Positions 15,125 through 25,937 of a DNA stretch of 64,000 nucleotides are shown in pieces. Positions within the stretch are counted from its first letter, which is position 1, and every line of letters starts with the position of its first letter. The position numbers and the translations under genes are program-made. Where the stretch lies: the NCBI RefSeq assembly GCF_964204645.1, contig NC_134025.1, forward strand, positions 2,046,001 to 2,110,000, written 5' to 3'. Source of the DNA: Tubulanus polymorphus (lineage: Eukaryota > Animalia > Nemertea). A model generated the notes under the pieces. That model ran no database searches and was not told where the DNA came from. It saw only the letters and a program-made list of their open reading frames with translations.

Positions 15125-15244
15125 AGCAACCAACATGTTCCAACGATGAGTTCACGTGTAAAAGTGGAAAATGTTTGTCAAAAAACAAAACCTGTGATAA
15201 CTATTGTGATTGCTTCGAATGTGAAGACGAAACGGATTGTACTG
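15125..15244 (+). CDS. Exon: LDLa module with two extra Cys
   Basis: ctag|AG...G|gtatga; CSNDEFTCKSGKCLSKNKTCDNYCDCFECEDETDC. Confidence 0.85.
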
Positions 15245-15335
15245 GTATGACGCGAGTAATATTTTATCACTTAATGTATATATTGCGCATGACCTTGTGA
15301 GGTTATCATTTTCTTCATCAATTTCCTCATTTCAG

Positions 15336-15470
15336 AACCGTGTAACAATAAAACTGAAATAGCGATTAACGATTGCGTAGTAGGTGGTAATATTTCATTT
15401 AAATGTATGCCGAAACAGAAAATTTGCGACGGAATAAAAGATTGTGAGAATGGTATCGATGAAACAAATT
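15336..15470 (+). CDS. Exon: LDLa module, last Cys codon split by the intron
   Basis: ttcag|AA...T|gtaagt; PCNNKTEIAINDCVVGGNISFKCMPKQKICDGIKDCENGIDETN. Confidence 0.85.
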
Positions 15471-15571
15471 GTAAGTAGTGATCGCCCGATATTCCAATGT
15501 TTTCTATCGAAATACTGTTTTCACACTGTCATGATTATCGTCTATATCGTGGAACCTCTTGTATCTTTCAG

Positions 15572-15592
15572 GTAACGAAAGAACAACTATAG
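15572..15592 (+). CDS. 21-nt microexon (C)NERTTI
   Basis: tctttcag|GTAACGAAAGAACAACTATAG|gtatat; phase 1-1; homologous 21-nt exon in all four later cassettes. Confidence 0.7.
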   Translation, partial: VTKEQL

Positions 15593-16932
15593 GTATATTT
15601 ATATTAGGAATGGAATGTTTGTGTAGCTGGTGACTAGTGGTGTTCTTTAGTGATTCTTTTTACGTATATACACGCTCGATATCTGCTCAGTGGTTTTTCA
15701 AATCAATGTCTGCATATTTCAAACTAAAACATTGAGTGAAAGTCAATGATACGTGAATGGCCACCGCGTCGTCGTATTACCGCGATAGCAAAGATCACAG
15801 CAATACTGTGAACAAACATCTACAGAAATGATTTAATCCTTTCACAGATATTTCCTTTGAGAAAGCGTAAATGATATTTATGCTTTTACACAATATATCC
15901 GTTGATAAATAGGCCTATGTTTGTACAAAACATCCATAGTTTTTGAGTTAAGGTTTGACTTGAGAGTTAGAAGATTGGAAACGGAAACTGATTGTAACTC
16001 TCAGTGTTATCTCAAACTCACATCTGTGGAACTAGTTCCAGTTATACGTTTCCAATACTTTTCACGAATCATTACGAGCGCCACCAGTGGCCGCTCTGGG
16101 AAGCAGCACAATTTTTAGTGTCGATTAATTAGAAGAGGGCATTCTGACAGGGGAAATTTATGTTACCGGAATTTTTGACGACAGAAAAATGTTTTCACGC
16201 TTTTCGGAAGTTTCGTATGACCCCTTGGAACTATCCGTGGCTACGTGGAGAATTGAACGCGTTAACTTTCCGTTGATTTGGAGGTAGAGACGAAAGACCG
16301 GAGAGTAATTCCTCAAATCAAAATCCTTGACGATTGTCGACATACAACTCATGTCATTTTATCTATTCATTCATATTTGATGACAATGATCATGGACTCA
16401 TTTTTATGTTTTTTAATAAAACAAAGCCTTTATGATTTGAAATGTTATTTTTCTGTTTTTTTTCGCTGAATTTAAAACAGCAGATCAGTAGTAGCCTTGT
16501 CTCTTAAATGGAGGTTCTTCATTAAGAAAAAGAAAAATTTTTAGACAGAGCGTTTAAGTTGCAAGAATCATAACCGGCAACCGCAGCATCTAATAACCTG
16601 CTACGCTACTTATGAAGTATATATTGTATGAGTCCGACCGATGGCCAGGCGGGGCTTGGTGTATTAGTTGTCCATTCATTAACATCTTTATTCCGAGTAT
16701 AGGGCACTTATTCAAAATTGCAAACTAGCATATAAAAAGACTTGGAAATAAGATTATATTCCACCAATTATTTCATAATGTTTCCCAATTTAGTAATTTA
16801 ATGGACCATATTTTTAAGTTTAGTAAGATATATATGGTACGTAAAGTGGTTAAATAACACAATCACATAATGATATTTCTGAGCTCCAAGAATCATCAGT
16901 TAAATTCGAATGTATTTGGTATTATGTTACAG

Positions 16933-16959
16933 GAACAGAAGAAACGACAACGGCAATAG
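16933..16959 (+). CDS. 27-nt microexon GTEETTTAI
   Basis: gttacag|GAACAGAAGAAACGACAACGGCAATAG|gtactt; phase 1-1, Thr-rich. Confidence 0.55.
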   Translation, partial: EQKKRQRQ

Positions 16960-17448
16960 GTACTTATTTTCTGAACGTACCGATCCTTGTATGTCGACAC
17001 TTATTTCTCCATCGTGTTGTATCGTTGTATGTTTAATCGTGTAAATACAGATTCACGTTCATTTTTGTGTTAATGTTCTCATCTCGTCGTATGTGCACGA
17101 AATCCTGAATCGGTGGTGCCTTCTCATCATCATCGAGTGACGCACAACCGCCGTGTTCTTGTTCACTCTTTTCACTCGCGTCTACCGATATTTATGTTTG
17201 TCTGTGGAAATAATGTTTGCATAACTTACAAGTAAGTATTTATGATATTACAATTTTTGGAACTAAAATTGGTATTTCCGAATAGTACTTACCTTTTTTT
17301 ATGGTGCGAATATTGGCAAGAACTATAGTAGAAGGAAAAGTACTTGAAGGAAATCGATTTAAATTCTAACGGGCAAATAAACATTTTCGAAAAATCCATC
17401 TTTCTTTAAGAAAGCAGAAGTAATCAGCAGTAATATTACATATTTCAG

Positions 17449-17831
17449 GTACATCTTCGGTGCTGACTACTACTGGACCTGCGCTGCCAACTACTACTGT
17501 AATTGTGCCGTCGACTACAGCAGAAATACAATGTGAACATCCTCAAAAACTGATTTATAATACGAGCCCACAGTGGAAAATCACGTCATCGAGTGACAAG
17601 GAAAACACGATCAGTTCCCTTAGTGGTGGCCAGGGTTACTTACAATTTACGAAAAAGGATTGGAAGAAAAATTCAAAAAACAAAAATGCCTTTATAAAAT
17701 ATGAAATAGTTTCTGCAAAATATCCAAAATTAGTGACCATCTTGGCAATTGAATTCGGGACACTGTTCGCTCAGACGTTTCATATAGAAATATCGAACGA
17801 TGGAAAGAAATGGGAAAGAAAAACAACAGTG
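17449..17831 (+). CDS. Cassette 1 exon A: Thr-rich linker + F5/8C-like N-half
   Basis: tttcag|GT...GTG|gtaagt; QTFHIEISNDGKKW. Confidence 0.8.
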
Positions 17832-17909
17832 GTAAGTACAATGTTGATTACCTATAGAACCCTCCATATTTTACGAGCTCAGCGTTGATCTTTTCCAATT
17901 GATATATAG

Positions 17910-18107
17910 ATCATACCACCGGAGGAATTCAATACAGCTCACGCAGTAGGCGTGCGCTTTAGAGGACTCGGCGTTGAAGCAAGATTCATCAAGATTAAAG
18001 CCGAGGGTGACTCGAAGAAAACTCCACCTGTCATAACCATGTCGAGTGTACTCGGTTGCTACGAGCCGAAAGAGGATGTTAAAGAAAACACATCCCCGAC
18101 AGAGATG
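17910..18107 (+). CDS. Cassette 1 exon B: F5/8C-like C-half
   Basis: atatag|ATC...ATG|gtaaat; EARFIKI...VLGCYE. Confidence 0.8.
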
Positions 18108-18197
18108 GTAAATCTAAATATGAAATCCGCATAATGCTTGTTTGGCACATCGTTCGATGATGGCATTATACGAATACTCTTTCAATCCTTTCTGTAG

Positions 18198-18309
18198 CCG
18201 ACATGCAATCCGGAACAAATGACATGTACAGACGGGACCAGCTGCGGATATTTATGCAACGGCGACATTGAATGCGCAGATGGAACCGATGAAGAAAACT
18301 GTACTACGC
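18198..18309 (+). CDS. Cassette 1 exon C: LDLa
   Basis: tgtag|CCG...C|gtaagt; CNPEQMTCTDGTSCGYLCNGDIECADGTDEENC. Confidence 0.85.
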
Positions 18310-18421
18310 GTAAGTCTTGAAACTCAAACGGTTTTCTCAGAATTTATCAAAATAAAACTCAAAACTAAACTTACTAACAGAGTTTAACTGTTTTTTTTTT
18401 CGTTAATTCCACGCACTACAG

Positions 18422-18550
18422 CAATACCAACGTGTTCCGATGACGAGTTTACTTGTAAAAGTGGAAAATGTTTATCTAAAAACATAACTTGTGATAACTA
18501 TTGCGATTGCTTCGAATGTGAAGACGAGGATGTACCGATAAACTGCACCG
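18422..18550 (+). CDS. Cassette 1 exon D: 8-Cys LDLa
   Basis: tacag|CA...G|gtaaga; CSDDEFTCKSGKCLSKNITCDNYCDCFECEDEDVPINC. Confidence 0.85.
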
Positions 18551-18658
18551 GTAAGACTTACCTCTTCAATTCAGTATTATGGAAAATCAATTACATGTCA
18601 TATGTCGACATCGCCTATTACCTCAGAGATACATTTTGAATCTATAATATATTTTTAG

Positions 18659-18793
18659 AACCGTGTAATAACAAAACCGAAACACCAATTCGTAATTGCG
18701 TAGTCGGTGGAGCATTTTCATTTAAATGCTTGCCAAAAGAGAAAATCTGTGATGGCATCAATGATTGTCAGAATGGCATCGATGAGAAAAATT
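18659..18793 (+). CDS. Cassette 1 exon E: LDLa
   Basis: ttttag|AA...T|gtaagt; CLPKEKICDGINDCQNGIDEKN. Confidence 0.85.
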
Positions 18794-19139
18794 GTAAGTA
18801 AACGATGTGATGACTTGTATGTTATTATCAACCTTAACCTCGATATCATGTCGACAAATTTTCGATGCACGTTTCTTCATTTAGAATCAAGTAATTTTAA
18901 TTTGTATCAGATATAAATAACCATTGGCCGATAAGAACGGAAACGTAGCCTACTTTTTAACATCTCAACAATAAATCCATTTGGAATTTTCTGAACAACA
19001 TACTTAGAACATAAACTCTTTTCATTCGATCGACCAACGAAATACGATGAGAAGTATCGGGCAATGTAATGAATATAAAAAAGCAAGGAAAACTCATAAA
19101 CATGTATTTTGAATTTTGTTTGCACTTTTTTCATTGCAG

Positions 19140-19160
19140 GTGAAAGTACGACAACAAATG
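19140..19160 (+). CDS. Cassette 1 exon F: 21-nt microexon (C)ESTTTN
   Basis: ttgcag|GTGAAAGTACGACAACAAATG|gtaaat. Confidence 0.75.
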
Positions 19161-19290
19161 GTAAATATGTACCGAACATTTTTCCCTGTTATTCTTTTCT
19201 TAATTTCAAATTTCGTGCCGTATACATTAGTCGATTCTTTATATATTGCAAGGTCAGTTCATTCATTAAATACATGTTCACATTTCACAG

Positions 19291-19577
19291 CACCGTGCCA
19301 ACAGATTAACGGTATGGAAGACCCTGCAACAATATCAGTCGACGATATTGTCATTTCCCCACCTCCCGCAAATCGAAAAGACAAAGATGGTTTGCGACCG
19401 GGAAATGGGAAATTGTATTACACCGAAGAAAACGAAGTCACCATCATAATTGAGTTAGACGAAGAGACTCCCATAGAACTGGGTGAAATATCTTTACCGC
19501 CAACGGTCATTAATATAACGAATTTCAAGGTTTATATCCAGGAACAACAAGGAGAATCGTATAAACCCATTCAACCA
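19291..19577 (+). CDS. Cassette 1 exon G: second, divergent F5/8C-like domain N-half
   Basis: cacag|CA...CCA|gtaagt; PCQQINGMEDPATISVDDIVIS resembles discoidin N-terminus C--PLGME---I-D--I. Confidence 0.8.
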
Positions 19578-19667
19578 GTAAGTTACAAACAAATATTCAT
19601 CTAAATCAGAATTTAGTACCTTACAATGTAAAATTTACTTCATGTATGTATTTGATTTGATTTTAAG

Positions 19668-19854
19668 GCTGATGTTGAAGTACCATCAACAGTAGATCCA
19701 ACTACAAACGCAATAAGTCCGGATGCACCGATTAATTTTAATCGACCGATTACAGCTACTAAAGTGAAGATAATAATAACAAAAGAATTAACAAATCAAG
19801 CTGGAAAGACCCAGATGGGAATTGAAATCAATATAAAAGCTTGTTTTGAAAAAG
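19668..19854 (+). CDS. Cassette 1 exon H: divergent F5/8C-like C-half
   Basis: tttaag|GCT...G|gtttgt; FNRPITATKVKI...IEINIKACFE. Confidence 0.8.
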
Positions 19855-19941
19855 GTTTGTGGAAATTACTTTAAAGGATTCAAATCAGGCTAAATGTGGA
19901 TAAGTGTATTTATTCATCGATTTTAAATTAAATTTTTACAG

Positions 19942-20001
19942 TATCAACTATATCGACGTCATCAACACAGCAAACAACATCAACCGTAGCAACAACAGCA
20001 G
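19942..20001 (+). CDS. Cassette 1 exon I: 60-nt Ser/Thr linker
   Basis: tttacag|TA...CAG|gtactt; 3' end less certain (alternative donor at 20311). Confidence 0.6.
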
Positions 20002-20039
20002 GTACTTACCGAAATAATATAACGCTCATGGCAATCACT

Positions 20040-20310
20040 GTGACTCAGCCACCAGTAACACCAGGTGTCACCCAACCAACAGAAACACCAGGAGTCACTC
20101 AACCACCAGTCACACCAGGGGTCACCCAACCTCCAGTAACACCAGGAGTCACTCAACCACCAGTAACACCAGGAGTCACTCAACCAACAGTAACACCAGC
20201 AGTCACTCAACCACCAGTAACACCAGCAGTCACTCAACCACCAGTTACACCAAGTCATTCAACCCCCCTCCCCAGTTGCAGCAGGAGTCACTCAACTCAC
20301 TCAACCACAA
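20040..20310 (+). repeat. Short degenerate TQPPVTPGV array (likely intronic relic)
   Basis: ~8 27-mers decaying into out-of-register sequence. Confidence 0.85.
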
Positions 20311-20369
20311 GTAAAATCAGTTATCACATGTTGGTAAATAGTTAACGGGGATAACATTACATATTTCAG

Positions 20370-20752
20370 GTACATCTTCGGTGCTGACTACTACTGGACC
20401 TGCGCTGCCAACTACTACTGTAATTGTGCCGTCGACTACAGCAGAAATACAATGTGAACATCCTCAAAAACTGATTTATAATACGAGCCCACAGTGGAAA
20501 ATCACGTCATCGAGTGACAAGGAAAACACGATAAGTTCCCTTAGTGGTGGCCAGGGTTACTTACAATTTACGAAAAAGGATTGGAAGAAAAATTCAAAAA
20601 ACAAAAATGCCTTTATAAAATATGAAATAGTTTCTGCAAAATATCCAAAATTAGTGACCATCTTGGCAATTGAATTCGGGACACTGTTCGCTCAGACGTT
20701 TCATATAGAAATATCGAACGATGGAAAGAAATGGGAAAGAAAAACAACAGTG
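20370..20752 (+). CDS. Cassette 2 exon A (F5/8C-like N-half)
   Basis: Copy of 17449-17831 with the same splice sites. Confidence 0.8.
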
Positions 20753-20830
20753 GTAAGTACAATGTTGATTACCTATAGAACCCTCCATATTTTACGAGCT
20801 CAGCGTTGATCTTTTCCAATTGATATATAG

Positions 20831-21028
20831 ATCATACCACCGGAGGAATTCAATACAGCTCACGCAGTAGGCGTGCGCTTTAGAGGACTCGGCGTTGAAG
20901 CAAGATTCATCAAGATTAAAGCCGAGGGTGACTCGAAGAAAACTCCACCTGTCATAACCATGTCGAGTGTACTCGGTTGCTACGAGCCGAAAGAGGATGT
21001 TAAAGAAAACACATCCCCGACAGAGATG
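20831..21028 (+). CDS. Cassette 2 exon B (F5/8C-like C-half)
   Basis: Copy of 17910-18107. Confidence 0.8.
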
Positions 21029-21118
21029 GTAAATCTAAATATGAAATCCGCATAATGCTTGTTTGGCACATCGTTCGATGATGGCATTATACGAATACTC
21101 TTTCAATCCTTTCTGTAG

Positions 21119-21230
21119 CCGACATGCAATCCGGAACAAATGACATGTACAGACGGGACCAGCTGCGGATATTTATGCAACGGCGTCATTGAATGCGCAG
21201 ATGGAACCGATGAAGAAAACTGTACTACGC
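21119..21230 (+). CDS. Cassette 2 exon C (LDLa)
   Basis: Copy of 18198-18309, NGD>NGV. Confidence 0.85.
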
Positions 21231-21343
21231 GTAAGTCTTGAAACTCAAACGGTTTTCTCAGAATTTATCAAAATAAAACTCAAAACTAAACTTACTAACA
21301 GAGTTTAACTGTTTTTTTTTTTCGTTAATTCCACGCACTACAG

Positions 21344-21472
21344 CAATACCAACGTGTTCCGATGACGAGTTTACTTGTAAAAGTGGAAAATGTTTATCTA
21401 AAAACATAACTTGTGATAACTATTGCGATTGCTTCGAATGTGAAGACGAGGATGTACCGATAAACTGCACCG
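21344..21472 (+). CDS. Cassette 2 exon D (8-Cys LDLa)
   Basis: Copy of 18422-18550. Confidence 0.85.
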
Positions 21473-21580
21473 GTAAGACTTACCTTTTCAATTCAGTATT
21501 ATGGAAAATCAATTACATGTCATATTTCGACATCGCCTATTACCTCAGAGATACATTTTGAATCTATAATATATTTTTAG

Positions 21581-21715
21581 AACCGTGTAATAACAAAACC
21601 GAAACACCAATTCGTAATTGCGTAGTCGGTGGAGCATTTTCATTTAAATGCTTGCCAAAAGAGAAAATCTGTGATGGCATCAATGATTGTCAGAATGGCA
21701 TCGATGAGAAAAATT
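21581..21715 (+). CDS. Cassette 2 exon E (LDLa)
   Basis: Copy of 18659-18793. Confidence 0.85.
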
Positions 21716-22061
21716 GTAAGTAAACGATGTGATGACTTGTGTGTTATTATCAACCTTAACCTCGATATCATGTCGACAAATTTTCGATGCACGTTTCTTC
21801 ATTTAGAATCAAGTAATTTTAATTTGTATCAGATATAAATAACCATTGGCCGATAAGAACGGAAACGTAGCCTACTTTTTAACATCTCAACAATAAATCC
21901 ATTTGGAATTTTCTGAACAACATACTTAGAACATAAACTCTTTTCATTCGATCGACCAACGAAATACGATGAGAAATATCGGGCAATGTAATGAATATAA
22001 AAAAGCAAGGAAAACTCATAAACATGTATTTTGAATTTTGTTTGCACTTTTTTCATTGCAG

Positions 22062-22082
22062 GTGAAAGTACGACAACAAATG
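22062..22082 (+). CDS. Cassette 2 exon F (21-nt microexon)
   Basis: Copy of 19140-19160. Confidence 0.75.
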
Positions 22083-22212
22083 GTAAATATGTACCGAACA
22101 TTTTTCCCTGTTATTCTTTTCTTAATTTCAAATTTCGTGCCGTATACATTAGTCGATTCTTTATATATTGCAAGGTCAGTTCATTCATTAAATACATGTT
22201 CACATTTCACAG

Positions 22213-22499
22213 CACCGTGCCAACAGATTAACGGTATGGAAGACCCTGCAACAATATCAGTCGACGATATTGTCATTTCCCCACCTCCCGCAAATCGAAA
22301 AGACAAAAATGGTTTGCGACCGGGAAATGGGAAATTGTATTACACCGAAGAAAACGAAGTCACCATCATAATTGAGTTAGACGAAGAGACTCCCATAGAA
22401 CTGGGTGAAATATCTTTACCGCCAACGGTCATTAATATAACGAATTTCAAGGTTTATATCCAGGAACAACAAGGAGAATCGTATAAACCCATTCAACCA
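22213..22499 (+). CDS. Cassette 2 exon G (divergent F5/8C-like N-half)
   Basis: Copy of 19291-19577. Confidence 0.8.
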
Positions 22500-22589
22500 G
22501 TAAGTTACAAACAAATATTCATCTAAATCAGAATTTAGTACCTTACAATGTAAAATTTACTTCATGTATGTATTTGATTCGATTTTAAG

Positions 22590-22776
22590 GCTGATGTTGA
22601 AGTACCATCAACAGTAGATCCAACTACAAACGCAATAAGTCCGGATGCACCGATTAATTTTAATCGACCGATTACAGCTACTAAAGTGAAGATAATAATA
22701 ACAAAAGAATTAACAAATCAAGCTGGAAAGACCCAGATGGGAATTGAAATCAATATAAAAGCTTGTTTTGAAAAAG
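22590..22776 (+). CDS. Cassette 2 exon H (divergent F5/8C-like C-half)
   Basis: Copy of 19668-19854. Confidence 0.8.
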
Positions 22777-22863
22777 GTTTGTGGAAATTACTTTAAAGGA
22801 TTCAAATCAGGCTAAATGTGGATAAGTGTATTTATTCATCGATTTTAAATTAAATTTTTACAG

Positions 22864-22923
22864 TATCAACTATATCGACGTCATCAACACAGCAAACAAC
22901 ATCAACCGTAGCAACAACAGCAG
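22864..22923 (+). CDS. Cassette 2 exon I (Ser/Thr linker)
   Basis: Copy of 19942-20001. Confidence 0.6.
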
Positions 22924-22961
22924 GTACTTACCGAAATAATATAACGCTCATGGCAATCACT

Positions 22962-23286
22962 GTGACTCAGCCACCAGTAACACCAGGTGTCACCCAACCA
23001 ACAGAAACACCAGGAGTCACTCAACCACCAGTCACACCAGGGGTCACCCAACCTCCAGTAACACCAGGAGTCACTCAACCACCAGTAACACCAGGAGTCA
23101 CCCAACCTCCAGTAACACCAGGAGTCACTCAACCACCAGTAACACCAGGAGTCACTCAACCAACAGTAACACCAGCAGTCACTCAACCACCAGTAACACC
23201 AGCAGTCACTCAACCACCAGTTACACCAAGTCATTCAACCCCCCTCCCCAGTTGCAGCAGGAGTCACTCAACTCACTCAACCACAA
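22962..23286 (+). repeat. Short degenerate TQPPVTPGV array, two units (54 bp) longer than in cassette 1
   Basis: 123-aa vs 105-aa ORF in track. Confidence 0.85.
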
Positions 23287-23345
23287 GTAAAATCAGTTAT
23301 CACATGTTGGTAAATAGTTAACGGGGATAACATTACATATTTCAG

Positions 23346-23728
23346 GTACATCTTCGGTGCTGACTACTACTGGACCTGCGCTGCCAACTACTACTGTAAT
23401 TGTGCCGTCGACTACAGCAGAAATACAATGTGAACATCCTCAAAAACTGATTTATAATACGAGCCCACAGTGGAAAATCACGTCATCGAGTGACAAGGAA
23501 AACACGATAAGTTCCCTTAGTGGTGGCCAGGGTTACTTACAATTTACGAAAAAGGATTGGAAGAAAAATTCAAAAAACAAAAATGCCTTTATAAAATATG
23601 AAATAGTTTCTGCAAAATATCCAAAATTAGTGACCATCTTGGCAATTGAATTCGGGACACTGTTCGCTCAGACGTTTCATATAGAAATATCGAACGATGG
23701 AAAGAAATGGGAAAGAAAAACAACAGTG
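23346..23728 (+). CDS. Cassette 3 exon A (F5/8C-like N-half)
   Basis: Copy of 17449-17831. Confidence 0.8.
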
Positions 23729-23806
23729 GTAAGTACAATGTTGATTACCTATAGAACCCTCCATATTTTACGAGCTCAGCGTTGATCTTTTCCAATTGAT
23801 ATATAG

Positions 23807-24004
23807 ATCATACCACCGGAGGAATTCAATACAGCTCACGCAGTAGGCGTGCGCTTTAGAGGACTCGGCGTTGAAGCAAGATTCATCAAGATTAAAGCCG
23901 AGGGTGACTCGAAGAAAACTCCACCTGTCGTAACCATGTCGAGTGTACTCGGTTGCTACGAGCCGAAAGAGGATGTTAAAGAAAACACATCCCCGACAGA
24001 GATG
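23807..24004 (+). CDS. Cassette 3 exon B (F5/8C-like C-half)
   Basis: Copy of 17910-18107, PPVIT>PPVVT. Confidence 0.8.
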
Positions 24005-24094
24005 GTAAATCTAAATATGAAATCCGCATAATGCTTGTTTGGCACATCGTTCGATGATGGCATTATACGAATACTCTTTCAATCCTTTCTGTAG

Positions 24095-24206
24095 CCGACA
24101 TGCAATCCGGAACAAATGACATGTACAGACGGGACCAGCTGCGGATATTTATGCAACGGCGTCATTGAATGCGCAGATGGAACCGATGAAGAAAACTGTA
24201 CTACGC
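24095..24206 (+). CDS. Cassette 3 exon C (LDLa)
   Basis: Copy of 18198-18309. Confidence 0.85.
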
Positions 24207-24319
24207 GTAAGTCTTGAAACTCAAACGGTTTTCTCAGAATTTATCAAAATAAAACTCAAAACTAAACTTACTAACAGAGTTTAACTGTTTTTTTTTTTCG
24301 TTAATTCCACGCACTACAG

Positions 24320-24448
24320 CAATACCAACGTGTTCCGATGACGAGTTTACTTGTAAAAGTGGAAAATGTTTATCTAAAAACATAACTTGTGATAACTATT
24401 GCGATTGCTTCGAATGTGAAGACGAGGATGTACCGATAAACTGCACCG
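24320..24448 (+). CDS. Cassette 3 exon D (8-Cys LDLa)
   Basis: Copy of 18422-18550. Confidence 0.85.
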
Positions 24449-24556
24449 GTAAGACTTACCTTTTCAATTCAGTATTATGGAAAATCAATTACATGTCATA
24501 TTTCGACATCGCCTATTACCTCAGAGATACATTTTGAATCTATAATATATTTTTAG

Positions 24557-24691
24557 AACCGTGTAATAACAAAACCGAAACACCAATTCGTAATTGCGTA
24601 GTCGGTGGAGCATTTTCATTTAAATGCTTGCCAAAAGAGAAAATCTGTGATGGCATCAATGATTGTCAGAATGGCATCGATGAGAAAAATT
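24557..24691 (+). CDS. Cassette 3 exon E (LDLa)
   Basis: Copy of 18659-18793. Confidence 0.85.
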
Positions 24692-25037
24692 GTAAGTAAA
24701 CGATGTGATGACTTGTGTGTTATTATCAACCTTAACCTCGATATCATGTCGACAAATTTTCGATGCACGTTTCTTCATTTAGAATCAAGTAATTTTAATT
24801 TGTATCAGATATAAATAACCATTGGCCGATAAGAACGGAAACGTAGCCTACTTTTTAACATCTCAACAATAAATCCATTTGGAATTTTCTGAACAACATA
24901 CTTAGAACATAAACTCTTTTCATTCGATCGACCAACGAAATACGATGAGAAATATCGGGCAATGTAATGAATATAAAAAAGCAAGGAAAACTCATAAACA
25001 TGTATTTTGAATTTTGTTTGCACTTTTTTCATTGCAG

Positions 25038-25058
25038 GTGAAAGTACGACAACAAATG
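25038..25058 (+). CDS. Cassette 3 exon F (21-nt microexon)
   Basis: Copy of 19140-19160. Confidence 0.75.
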
Positions 25059-25188
25059 GTAAATATGTACCGAACATTTTTCCCTGTTATTCTTTTCTTA
25101 ATTTCAAATTTCGTGCCGTATACATTAGTCGATTCTTTATATATTGCAAGGTCAGTTCATTCATTAAATACATGTTCACATTTCACAG

Positions 25189-25475
25189 CACCGTGCCAAC
25201 AGATTAACGGTATGGAAGACCCTGCAACAATATCAGTCGACGATATTGTCATTTCCCCACCTCCCGCAAATCGAAAAGACAAAAATGGTTTGCGACCGGG
25301 AAATGGGAAATTGTATTACACCGAAGAAAACGAAGTCACCATCATAATTGAGTTAGACGAAGAGACTCCCATAGAACTGGGTGAAATATCTTTACCGCCA
25401 ACGGTCATTAATATAACGAATTTCAAGGTTTATATCCAGGAACAACAAGGAGAATCGTATAAACCCATTCAACCA
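25189..25475 (+). CDS. Cassette 3 exon G (divergent F5/8C-like N-half)
   Basis: Copy of 19291-19577. Confidence 0.8.
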
Positions 25476-25565
25476 GTAAGTTACAAACAAATATTCATCT
25501 AAATCAGAATTTAGTACCTTACAATGTAAAATTTACTTCATGTATGTATTTGATTTGATTTTAAG

Positions 25566-25752
25566 GCTGATGTTGAAGTACCATCAACAGTAGATCCAAC
25601 TACAAACGCAATAAGTCCGGATACACCGATCAATTTTAATCGACCGATTACAGCTACTAAAGTGAAGATAATAATAACAAAAGAATTAACAAATCAAGCT
25701 GGAAAGACCCAGATGGGAATTGAAATCAATATAAAAGCTTGTTTTGAAAAAG
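25566..25752 (+). CDS. Cassette 3 exon H (divergent F5/8C-like C-half)
   Basis: Copy of 19668-19854. Confidence 0.8.
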
Positions 25753-25839
25753 GTTTGTGGAAATTACTTTAAAGGATTCAAATCAGGCTAAATGTGGATA
25801 AGTGTATTTATTCATCGATTTTAAATTAAATTTTTACAG

Positions 25840-25899
25840 TATCAACTATATCGACGTCATCAACACAGCAAACAACATCAACCGTAGCAACAACAGCAG
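25840..25899 (+). CDS. Cassette 3 exon I (Ser/Thr linker)
   Basis: Copy of 19942-20001. Confidence 0.6.
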
Positions 25900-25937
25900 G
25901 TACTTACCGAAATAATATAACGCTCATGGCAATCACT

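Noticed and set aside
15593-16932. Short ORFs (63-65 aa) in the 1.3-kb intron
   Set aside because: No recognisable motifs, no counterpart in other cassettes, and no transposase or terminal repeats evident.
18707-19309. Repeated 66-90 aa ORFs (MEHFHL..., MFGTYL..., MNFVCT...) in each cassette
   Set aside because: Off-frame or intronic readings that recur only because the whole cassette is duplicated.
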